From a virus (Duplodnaviria > Caudoviricetes): DNA of 44,470 nt. Below, piece by piece: positions 28,201 to 35,818 of this stretch (its first letter is position 1; each line of letters starts with the position of its first letter). The notes beneath the pieces are model-generated. The model made no database searches. It had not been told where the DNA came from and saw only the letters and a list, made by a program, of their open reading frames with translations. Where the stretch lies: positions 1 to 44,470 of the IMG/VR virus record IMGVR_UViG_3300023179_000184. One strand, 5' to 3'. The position numbers and the translations under genes were made by a program.

Positions 28201-31200
28201 CACTTGCCCTTGCTAAGGGTGGAATTATTCCTGGAAAAATTGGTCCACTTCATAAAGATTATGTTCCACCAATTACCGCAAAAGTTGGAACACCATTTTA
28301 TGCTATAGAAACAGATTATGAAGGTGTAAACGATAGTGATGGTTTATTTACTTCTAAGGAAGCAGCAGATGCATATATTGCTCGTATGGCTAAAGAGTAT
28401 TATGGCAACAATAAAGAAATGCAAAAACTTCATTTTGACAGAACTCATGCTGTTCCTATGTATGGCAGCACAATGGGCGGACCTACTCAATGGGGCATTA
28501 ATGTTGATTATGAAGGTGTTGCTCCAGATTGGGGAACATTCCCTAATAAAAAAGCCGCTAATAATTTTATAGCAAAATATGTCGAACAGTTTAATGACCC
28601 AGAAGCAAGAAAACGATATGCCAGCACTATGCATCCTGTTCCAATGAAGATTAATAAATCGGAATTGATGAAGAAACTTGCTAAGGGTGGAATAATTCCA
28701 GGATATGCTAAGGGTGGAATTATAGGTTCCATTTGGAATAGTCTATCTAACATTGGAACACAAGATGGAGAGTTCTCAGATAGACAACTTGGTGGTATGG
28801 TTAAATACGTAGCAGTAGACGGTGCTTTTCCAAAAAACTTTAAACAATGGGAACCAAATGATGAGTTTTCTGCTGCATTTAGAAAATATAGAGAAATTAA
28901 ACATTTAGAATATTCTATTCCAGCAATGGAAAAGTTTGTATCAATGTATAAACCTGGAATGAAAAAAGAACAATTAATGATTGATATGTATGATTCCGAA
29001 GGTGGTAAAAGATTATTTAGAAGAGGTAATCCAGAACTTTCAGGATTAGTAAGTAAGTCTAAAGAACAACAGTTAGCAAGAATAGAACAGGTTAAACAAC
29101 AAGTTGCACAGTTCTATCAAAGTAAAGAATATGCAATGTTACAGGGTGCAAAAGGTAAAAATGCTAGTGCTTGGTTGATGCAACAACTAAGGCGTATGGG
29201 TAAATCCAATGTTTACTCTGCAATAGAAATGAAAGATAGATTTGCAGATAAAAAAGAAAATATTATTATTGGTGCCGAAGTAAGTGCACATGAACAAAAA
29301 ATTGAAAATGCAATTGATGAAGGTCTTAGCCCTGGAGAAATTGCATTACTAAAACAAGAAGCATTAAGACATAGAACAACTTCAAGATTAAAGGTTGGGG
29401 CTCTAAAGCATCCAAAAGATGCAGGAAGTAAAAATGGAAGATATTTTGGTCCAGGCATGTACTTTGCAGAAGACCAACTAGATTCTAAAAAACTATTTTC
29501 TGATTTTGGAAACAATGTTTATAAACTAGACCTATCAGATGAAGAAAAAGAATTTGTAAGAAATAGTAAAGGCTATATTGATGAAGCAACAATGATTCAA
29601 AAAGCAAAAGAATATAAACATCTTTTGCGTGATAGAGGAATTAATGATGCTTGGTTTGGCGATAAAACTATTCGTGGAGTATTTGGTGCTAAATGGACAG
29701 ACCCATTTATTCAAAAACTTATGGAAGAGGGATACATTGGTTATCAACATGGAAAGGCTTTTACTGATTGGTATGTTGGTTCTAGACCTGGCTATGGTTT
29801 AAAGAAAACTAAATATGCTAATGGTGGAATTATTCCAGGATATGCCAAGGGCACTAGTAAAGTAGATGAGTTTGCAGGATACGATGAATATCTTGGAACT
29901 CCAGAATACTATAACTGCCCTCACGGTTTTGTTTTTGGAGAAGGATGCCCTGCATGTAGAAAAATATCTAATGATTCGATGTATAAGCAAGGATACAAAA
30001 AATGTACTGCACAAACTAAAACTGGTCAACGCTGTAAAAACTTTGCAGAAGCAAATGAACAATTATGTAGTTTCCATAAGAAAAATGGTGCAGAAGCAAA
30101 GTATATCCAAAGAGGAACACAAAGACCAGTTCAAAGTTGGATAGAATCATTAAAACTTGCAGATGGTGGATACGTTGACCCATATGACGATTTACCAAGT
30201 GATTATTTTGACTGTCCTCATGGATACCTATATGGTGAAGGATGTCCTACCTGTAAGAAAGCAAGAAATAACGAATGGTATGCACAAGGATATAAAAAAT
30301 GTACTGCTCAAACAAAGAATGGTAAGCGTTGTCAAAACTGGGCAAACCCTAATGAGCAATTATGTAATTTCCATAAAAAGAATGGTGCAGAACCTGTTTA
30401 TAAACAATTAGGTATAGCGAGAGAAATAGAAAAGCCTTATAAGTTTGCAAATGGTGTATTCTCAGTTCCAGGACCAAAGGGTGCTGGCGATGTAGTTCCT
30501 GCAATGCTATCTCCAGGTGAGGCTGTTATTCCTGCTGATAGTGCCGCCAGACATCGTGGACTAATTACTAAAATGATTGCTGGTGATTTGCCAGGGTATG
30601 CCAATGGTGGAATTATTCCAGGGTATGCATTTGGAACACCAGAAGTTCCTGGTCAAAATTTTGGATTCCCAGGTTTTGGAGAAAGACCACTCAAGGTTAT
30701 TATTATTGGCGATGAAACAAAGATTAATGACGATACATCAAAGGTTCAAAAAGAGGTTGCAAAAGAACAAAAGGCTGCTGCAAAAGACCAGAAAGATGCT
30801 GCAAAAGAATCAAAGAAATCAGACAAAGATATTCGTGACGCAATTATAAAAGACAAACAAGAAGCACGAAAAATGCAACAGGAAGCAATTGCTGAACAAA
30901 GAAAAATAACTGCAAACCAAGAAAGAGTCAAGGCTAACTATGACCAGATGACTGATAAAGAAAAGGCTAAATTTGATGAGAAGTTAAACAAGAAATATGA
31001 AAAAGAAGATAAAGACCTTCAGAAACAATATGACAAAGAAGATAAAGGTCCTTCAAAATTCTCTAAACTATTCAAAGCAAATAAGTTTACTGCTAAAGCA
31101 ACAGGCATTGGCTATATGGCTTCTGGTGTTGTTGGATTAGCAACTCAAATACCTGGCGGAATTGGTCAGGCAGCCCAAGCCGCTTTGCCAGCCATTGGTG

Positions 31201-34200
31201 CAATGACTTCAGCAATGTCGATGATTCCTGGACCTGCTGGTATGGTTGTTGGTGGTTTGATGGCGGTAGCAACAATTGCAGGACAAATAGAAGCACACTT
31301 TAAAGCACTTAGAGAAGAATCTGCTAAAAACGTAAGAGCACTTGGTGCATCAACACAAGCCATGAGTAAGTTGTCAGAATTTGCTAAAAAGGTTGGTTCT
31401 AGAGAACTTATGGATAAGAGACGTGAAACATCAGCAAGCAGTTTCTTCTACATCAGACCAGGCAAAAAAACATTTGGTGAATCCTATATGGAATCAGAGG
31501 CTGGAAAAGAATTAACTCAAGAAACAAGTAGTTCACTAAAGTCTAAAAACCCACAGGTAACTTCAAAATTAATTTTGTCACAAATGGGAACAGCAATTAC
31601 CGAAGGAATTCTGTCACCTGAACAAGCACGAAGTATTGTTTCTAACTTGGCAAAACAATTAAAGAATACTCAATTTGGTATAGATGTTAATGCAAAAATA
31701 ACAGCAATGTATGGACCAGATGGAACTCCACTAGACTATTCAAAGAATTCTATTAAACTTGCCATGGATGCAGTTCTTGCTGTAGCAAGTGAAACTGGTG
31801 TAGAGGGTGCTACAAAAGCAGCGGCATTAGCAGAATCAACCGTTGCTGCAATGAATTCTATTCAGGCTGCAACAGATGCTTTGGCTGCAAATCCAAAAGC
31901 AACTAAGGAAGAAAAAGATGCACTAACACAATATGCTCAACAAACAATGACACAACTATATGACCAAACAGTAAAGGGACAGTCGGAACTGGGAAACCAG
32001 TTTGCAGATTCAGCAAGAGAATCTTTGACTAAGGCATACGAAGGAACTGGTTTTGAAGATGTTGCTAAATCTACAGGAGAAGCAATTCAAAACTTTGATG
32101 CTTATAGTCATGCACAAGAAACTTTCTTTACTCAAGTGCTCGCATCAAAAGTTATAGGTACAACACAAATGCAAACCGCTATGAACCTAAATATAAGTGG
32201 TGATGTCTTAACAGAACTAATCAAAACAAATCCAACTGCACTCAACCAATTGCTTGGTGTTGCAGGAAGTATGGACAAAGAAACTGGTGCAGCACTTATA
32301 AGTAATCAGGCTGGACAAACATCAGAACAAATGGCATCAACTGCCAGTGCACTAGAACTAACAGGAAAAACTACTGGAGTTTTTGCAATGGATGAAACCA
32401 GCAAAAAGGCAATTCAAAAATACTATGCAAATGAAGGATTGGACAAAGCAAAAGAAATAGATAGAATATATAAAGAATTAGATAACAAAAAAACAACAAT
32501 AACAGTCGATACGGTTACTAGTGTTGCTGGAGATAACTTAGAATTGAAAGAAGCCATGAAAAATGGAAAAGTATCTAGTTACTTCAACAAACTTAAAGAC
32601 AAAAAGAACAAAATTATTTTTACAACTGAATTCAACTCATTACTTAGTGCAGATGAAACATTGGCACCAGCAATTAGGTTGTGGGCATCTGCCGCTGGTA
32701 AAAATACAAATATGACAGATGTAGACCTTGTTGCAACATATAAAGTAGAATACGCATTCTCTGAAGCACAAAGAGTTACAGACACAGGTGCTTTACAAGA
32801 TTTAACATTTAATCCAGACGATGCGTCAAATGGCACACCAGAAGCATCGATTCTTGATAAATATGTAAAGATGCTTAGAGAAGGTTCTAACTATGCTCAA
32901 AAACTTACAACTGGTTGGACAGCATCATATAATGCATTATCCAAATATGGAACTAAAGCAATTGACCAGATGGCTGGTATTGCATCATTGATGAAACAAT
33001 ATGGTGGAGATACTGGAATTATTAATGATTTCTTGGGTGGTACCGAAGAAGAACAAAACAGAATTATTGACAAGAGCACAGGTAAATTAAGGGCTGGTGC
33101 TGGAGAACTTATTGCTAAACTTAAACAAATTAAAGATATGCAAGAATATGGTTTATCATATGTTCTTGCTTCACCAGCAGAAAGATTACAAAAAGATAAC
33201 GAACTTTATCAGGCTGGATTAGATGTAATCGGTGCAAAAGAAAAGAAAATTAATGATAAATACGATAAACGTATCAAGGCACTTGATGAAATTGGTAAGA
33301 TTCAAGAAAAGAATAACCAGTTACAAAAAGATACCCTAACACTTGCTGATGCATTGTCTAAGGGTGACATAGCAGCAGCCGCTAGAGCAGCAATGCAAAC
33401 ACAACAAGATAGTCAAAAACAAGCACTTGAAGATGCTAAAGCAAATATTGAAAATGCTAGAAAAGCAGAACTAGAAGCAATTACAGTTAAAATACTTGGA
33501 CATACTCAACATCGTTCCGACCTAGAACAAATGATTTCTGACAATTCGCAAAAAATTGCGGAATATAAATTGAAAGAAATGAACCGTCAAACTCAGATTG
33601 GAAAAGATGCTCTTATTGCTGCCAAGGCTAGTGCAGAACAATTAAAAAATGGTAAAGCATTGGCTAGTTTGTCAAAAGGAACTGGAGGAGGTTCTGGTAA
33701 TGGAAATAAAGGAAACCCAACTGGACAACCTTCTGCTACTCAAGACGCTAAGGGAAACCCTATTGGAACCAGATACGACTCTCAGGGACAAATAGATGTA
33801 AATGGAAAATACAATGACCAAGGTAAATTAATTAAGCCAGCAGCAACTGCTGCAGAAATTAAAAAATTACAAACAGGTGCATCTGTTGCTGGACTTACTG
33901 CTGCTAAAGAAAATGCACAAAATAAATTGAATACTAAAAGAACGAGTGTACAAAATAAATTTGGTTTAAATTATAGTGACTTATATTTGGCAGTTAAAAG
34001 CAAAGATATGCAATCAGTTTATGGAAAAGTTAAAAAAGACCAACGAGCAGAATTTGCTAAAGAGTTTTCTAATCTTACATCATTACAAGATGTTGTAGAT
34101 ACTTATAATGACTTGTCTGGAAATGGAGATATTTTAAATAGTGCTGCAGGAAAAGAAGCATCACAACAACTATTAGATGCTTTGCCAGAAAATGACATAA

Positions 34201-35213
34201 AGGCTATTACTCTTGTAAAAGAAAGAGTCTCATCATATGCTACAGAACTAATAGATTATTTAGCAAAACAAAAAGCGTATAAAGACGCTGCAAATAAATT
34301 AAATGTTGGAAATGTTGCATGGGAAGACATGACACCAGAAAACAAAGAAAAACTTGAAACATTGCATACAGCCTATATTGAAAAAAATAAATTTATGTTT
34401 CAAAAACATAAAGATACCAATGCCGCAGTAGATACAGTAACAAAACTTTCTAATAATGGATTAGACCTTAATTCAGTGGGAATAGGAAGAGGTTATTTAT
34501 ATAAAAACGATATAACAAATAAAGAAGTAAGAAATTGGCAAACTTTTGCATCTGGTGGTTTAGTATTACCAAAACCATATGCTGGTGGTGGCATAGTTAT
34601 TCCAAAGGGATTTAGCAATGGAGGTAAGGCTACTAAAGACAAAAAAACTAAAGATAAAAATAAGGGTACTCAAACAACAGATTTAACAACTGAAACAGGA
34701 GAAAAGATTTCCAAACCACAGGACGCTGGCAAATTAGTTAAATCTGTAACAAATAAAACTAAAAGTAAAGGTAACCACATAACTAATTTGGGTGGTCCTC
34801 GAACCAGTTCAGGTATTGCACGTTCACCTGGCGGTGGAATGGGTATGATTGGCGGAATCCTTGAAATGATGCATCAAATATTTGCAGATGGTGGTGTGGT
34901 TGTTCCAAAGGGATATGCTATTGGTGGCGGTATTTATGGAACTGATACTGTACCTGCTATGCTTACTCCAGGAGAATTTGTAATAAGAAAATCAGCAGTA
35001 GATGCTATTGGTGTGGAAAATCTACAAAAACTTAATGGATATGCCAATGGCGGCTTGGTTGGTGGAACTTCAAGCACAACAGCAAGTGATTCAGTGTATA
35101 ATTATAGTATAACAGTGAACGCCAATTCTTCAGATGCAAATGATATTGCAAATGCAGTATTGAACCAAATTAAGAGAATTGATTCACAAAGACTTAGGAG
35201 CAATGTTATTTAA
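22269..35213 (+). CDS. giant tape measure protein (TP901-type core) carrying an internal array of effector-like domains
   Basis: N-terminal TMP core (GRQLMVGFTIPL, AAMGKTG, LNAVENQT, EGGINASEGANAIKSGL), TM segments near 23890-24000 and 31090-31290, C-terminal GTDTVPAMLTPGEFVIRKSAV and YNYSITVNA; synteny. Confidence 0.92.
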   Translation: MADIESNIKVNIDTSDALAQLKLLQQQISAFQQAMRNAGAQNAAAAAAMQQNLVTSINATGKFQANIKTIKTSAESFTEALEKNKMSIGEYFRYAGGASKTFGKLFKSEFATIQQVAIERVKEVQTQYIKLGRDASGAMKAISVKPLALDMNNLATKTQIAAQRQQLFNQLMKQGSTQLLNFGKNTQWAGRQLMVGFTIPLTMMGSAAAKAYMQIEAASVKFKRVYGDMNTTTTETNKMVKSVQALANQFTQYGLAVAETMDMAAQAAAMGKTGSDLLAQINQSAKLAVLGGVDQQKALETTISLTNAFGVSAQDLGKNIDFLNAVENQTTLSIEDLTIAIPKAAPVVKQLGGDVKDLAFFLTAMKEGGINASEGANAIKSGLASLINPSQKASQFLQSFGINVKGIVEADKGNLKKTVIDFAKALDTLDPLNRARAIEQMFGKFQFSRISTLFQNVIAEGSQAQQVAELSKNSAEELAILSEREMKKISDSPMFKFQKSIQDMQAKLAPVGEAFLKAITPIVEFVGKILDGFNNLSSGAKSFITILVTAVAGIGPLLLMTFGLIANGIANIMKLFTNIKAFINKTTKPSDIIGEQTKYMTTEQLNSAAIADSLDQAHAKLKQTFTSETEALRKLTEAYRQAVQAQQGYAGIPGVPVGNPNATPPKKYANGVSYVPGPRGAGDIIPALLSPGEAVIPAKHAQKYAPVIAGMVSGNLPGFESGTTGVGMRQSTIGPLTEKQTEGLLRTGKTLKEISDEVYAGPYGQIPPEQYIRQIEPTKGHSFPAFEVGGIYEKADGTRVFVKPQIDLTSALAEVRGTQIARDAHQLVTPMQKIVTMMDPTDPEGRRKFIALESPLSEQIANIKTSFTKDEYFKQLVASLLRGDKDLGIGNLGGNVLADVGPAGVFQRASGKRQLGGRINSMEEQAIINLLGVKGGAKRFFAEATSEIARGMSPDAYDAAMKAEIASVLSRFPSVINSFGSLTPEEKAAYADMENRLKQGSMTDWRKYQGIHSAVTPKKYKDGGIVGYLKGSKGIKKESDYTPQEIYELLKIQEAHAYGEMDIKDKNVQEQLKRVFSESSPEDFNKFKILSNLTMSLPGKLNQLIKETGNGVQGPIFSQAYNALRGKLSKTAKMSGVKNMSDAQTLEDIIGTKFVGEPLIKDSIFAKIVESTINEQTANVSQIGSAANLIWERTKQVGTVRPKRDNLDTQKWNELITTMLQNDELVVVPGNENGFPVAQTPFGGRFGRIMSDGIGSSKTAEGRAIRKLAQDAANQWAKSGNHKLPLPLVDLGNGNVVQLKWRDNSAKPGTFSSDEFPAYDDKSKKYASDLSFAPGGLNVLKNLGYFAKGGIIPGGQDEKYKYLEKDRGFYKTALAYAAMEKAYRDKKPNAAQLKGAYTNLRAKYGIMDSEIVDEYYWDEPEQIEARVAAEWAKAYPGLKLAKGGTIPGYAKGSFDIPGMGQKKSAYSDAKLKHNILLKLVELKKQGLPDDAVIQSIRSNPEFANALAEYEKFGQRPRLNVTSLNTAMRLKSDKALDNAVGRSAEYLEQQSFGYKAKKIAKATPGKIGEVAQGLAYAGIAGIAGLGSMAVTNPLGFRAATSGLGELAKVVLAMFGLHLNKGGVIPGYEEGTPEVLPQGFSAMPTQAEKDAQVAFVQNSPLAQLQRGDALASLVAKSTIGKGNQMFRVPTIRQNEELATKKVGDIVDIGNRFTSIADQTQLQAIGMTAAGKLNTGNRERAVNTILKLVAGYDMPGIMNHNSYNPDYKKQAFGEKGGAEYPFQSEGVLPPGLKGKITNIAQSGDQKIIEVLIQKLAKGGIIPGYANGGFIATQKPKASVFDIDDTLLDLSSFMPAHEAKNEKLPKDQRTKWHEEAAKNPKGIPAAIERLRAAQARGNKILLMTARPQSYDMVTMDTLQKLGIDTNNVKLISRASKDYRKPEQMKFDKTSKYMQWYDIEEFYDDLAETRAAINQLGINAIDPLALAKGGIIPGKIGPLHKDYVPPITAKVGTPFYAIETDYEGVNDSDGLFTSKEAADAYIARMAKEYYGNNKEMQKLHFDRTHAVPMYGSTMGGPTQWGINVDYEGVAPDWGTFPNKKAANNFIAKYVEQFNDPEARKRYASTMHPVPMKINKSELMKKLAKGGIIPGYAKGGIIGSIWNSLSNIGTQDGEFSDRQLGGMVKYVAVDGAFPKNFKQWEPNDEFSAAFRKYREIKHLEYSIPAMEKFVSMYKPGMKKEQLMIDMYDSEGGKRLFRRGNPELSGLVSKSKEQQLARIEQVKQQVAQFYQSKEYAMLQGAKGKNASAWLMQQLRRMGKSNVYSAIEMKDRFADKKENIIIGAEVSAHEQKIENAIDEGLSPGEIALLKQEALRHRTTSRLKVGALKHPKDAGSKNGRYFGPGMYFAEDQLDSKKLFSDFGNNVYKLDLSDEEKEFVRNSKGYIDEATMIQKAKEYKHLLRDRGINDAWFGDKTIRGVFGAKWTDPFIQKLMEEGYIGYQHGKAFTDWYVGSRPGYGLKKTKYANGGIIPGYAKGTSKVDEFAGYDEYLGTPEYYNCPHGFVFGEGCPACRKISNDSMYKQGYKKCTAQTKTGQRCKNFAEANEQLCSFHKKNGAEAKYIQRGTQRPVQSWIESLKLADGGYVDPYDDLPSDYFDCPHGYLYGEGCPTCKKARNNEWYAQGYKKCTAQTKNGKRCQNWANPNEQLCNFHKKNGAEPVYKQLGIAREIEKPYKFANGVFSVPGPKGAGDVVPAMLSPGEAVIPADSAARHRGLITKMIAGDLPGYANGGIIPGYAFGTPEVPGQNFGFPGFGERPLKVIIIGDETKINDDTSKVQKEVAKEQKAAAKDQKDAAKESKKSDKDIRDAIIKDKQEARKMQQEAIAEQRKITANQERVKANYDQMTDKEKAKFDEKLNKKYEKEDKDLQKQYDKEDKGPSKFSKLFKANKFTAKATGIGYMASGVVGLATQIPGGIGQAAQAALPAIGAMTSAMSMIPGPAGMVVGGLMAVATIAGQIEAHFKALREESAKNVRALGASTQAMSKLSEFAKKVGSRELMDKRRETSASSFFYIRPGKKTFGESYMESEAGKELTQETSSSLKSKNPQVTSKLILSQMGTAITEGILSPEQARSIVSNLAKQLKNTQFGIDVNAKITAMYGPDGTPLDYSKNSIKLAMDAVLAVASETGVEGATKAAALAESTVAAMNSIQAATDALAANPKATKEEKDALTQYAQQTMTQLYDQTVKGQSELGNQFADSARESLTKAYEGTGFEDVAKSTGEAIQNFDAYSHAQETFFTQVLASKVIGTTQMQTAMNLNISGDVLTELIKTNPTALNQLLGVAGSMDKETGAALISNQAGQTSEQMASTASALELTGKTTGVFAMDETSKKAIQKYYANEGLDKAKEIDRIYKELDNKKTTITVDTVTSVAGDNLELKEAMKNGKVSSYFNKLKDKKNKIIFTTEFNSLLSADETLAPAIRLWASAAGKNTNMTDVDLVATYKVEYAFSEAQRVTDTGALQDLTFNPDDASNGTPEASILDKYVKMLREGSNYAQKLTTGWTASYNALSKYGTKAIDQMAGIASLMKQYGGDTGIINDFLGGTEEEQNRIIDKSTGKLRAGAGELIAKLKQIKDMQEYGLSYVLASPAERLQKDNELYQAGLDVIGAKEKKINDKYDKRIKALDEIGKIQEKNNQLQKDTLTLADALSKGDIAAAARAAMQTQQDSQKQALEDAKANIENARKAELEAITVKILGHTQHRSDLEQMISDNSQKIAEYKLKEMNRQTQIGKDALIAAKASAEQLKNGKALASLSKGTGGGSGNGNKGNPTGQPSATQDAKGNPIGTRYDSQGQIDVNGKYNDQGKLIKPAATAAEIKKLQTGASVAGLTAAKENAQNKLNTKRTSVQNKFGLNYSDLYLAVKSKDMQSVYGKVKKDQRAEFAKEFSNLTSLQDVVDTYNDLSGNGDILNSAAGKEASQQLLDALPENDIKAITLVKERVSSYATELIDYLAKQKAYKDAANKLNVGNVAWEDMTPENKEKLETLHTAYIEKNKFMFQKHKDTNAAVDTVTKLSNNGLDLNSVGIGRGYLYKNDITNKEVRNWQTFASGGLVLPKPYAGGGIVIPKGFSNGGKATKDKKTKDKNKGTQTTDLTTETGEKISKPQDAGKLVKSVTNKTKSKGNHITNLGGPRTSSGIARSPGGGMGMIGGILEMMHQIFADGGVVVPKGYAIGGGIYGTDTVPAMLTPGEFVIRKSAVDAIGVENLQKLNGYANGGLVGGTSSTTASDSVYNYSITVNANSSDANDIANAVLNQIKRIDSQRLRSNVI
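24270..30640 (+). repeat. dispersed in-frame direct repeats encoding [LFY]AxGG(IIPGYAxG) linkers
   Basis: Copies start at 25326, 26304, 26586, 27117, 27702, 28209, 28677, 29814, 30156 and 30597, with YANG/FANG variants at 24270 and 30444. 27699-27727 and 28674-28702 are identical over 29 nt (AAACTTGCTAAGGGTGGAATAATTCCAGG). Confidence 0.9.
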
Positions 35214-35818
35214 TGGCTGATTCAGTTTATTTAGGCGGTAGAACAAAATATGCTAGACCACAGGCTATGCTATGGTCAGATGCTCCACCAGAAATATCTA
35301 ATGGTTTATACGTTCCAGCAGGATTTGAGGTTAATGCTGCAACTGCTGGTAGTGATTTTTTAATTCTTTCAGACCACGGTAGAAAAGACATTTCATTCAA
35401 ACCAGAACGTATTGAAAAACGTGAACGTATGATTAATGGTCGTATGCGTTCATACCACATTGCTGACAAACTAACTATTTCTACATCTTGGGATATGTTG
35501 CCATCTAGGGCATTTCGAGATGACCCAAATTTTGATGTATCAACTGGTTTATCAACAATAAAACCTTTTACAGTTGATGGTGGTGCTGGAGGAAATGAAT
35601 TGCTTGATTGGTATCAAAATCACACAGGTTCTTTCTATGTATTTTTAGCATATGACAAAAAATCTAATTTTGCAGAATCTGGTCAGTATGGACATCTAGC
35701 AGAATATAATGAAGTCATTGAAATGTTTATTTCTAGTTTTGACTGGAATGTAGTAAAACGTGGCGGTATTAATAATTATGATTTTTGGAATGTATCCGTT
35801 ACGCTGGAAGAGGTATAA
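35213..35818 (+). CDS. distal tail (Dit-like) protein, putative
   Basis: Directly after TMP (TAATG); RERMINGRMR, ISTSWDMLP and WNVSVTLEEV resemble siphovirus distal tail proteins. Confidence 0.65.
   Translation: MADSVYLGGRTKYARPQAMLWSDAPPEISNGLYVPAGFEVNAATAGSDFLILSDHGRKDISFKPERIEKRERMINGRMRSYHIADKLTISTSWDMLPSRAFRDDPNFDVSTGLSTIKPFTVDGGAGGNELLDWYQNHTGSFYVFLAYDKKSNFAESGQYGHLAEYNEVIEMFISSFDWNVVKRGGINNYDFWNVSVTLEEV

Noticed and set aside
29853-30443. Diversity-generating retroelement TR/VR pair
   Set aside because: Differences between the two Zn-finger copies are not adenine-specific, both copies are coding, and there is no reverse transcriptase in the window.
26304-30635. Recurring ~30-40 nt repeats read as a CRISPR array
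   Set aside because: Intervals are hundreds of nt and irregular, all copies are in frame within a CDS, variation is codon-like, and no cas genes are present.
24270-30640. Inteins or introns explaining the TMP size
   Set aside because: No Hint N-terminal C/S block, no HN-C/S/T junction and no LAGLIDADG motif seen; the frame is uninterrupted.
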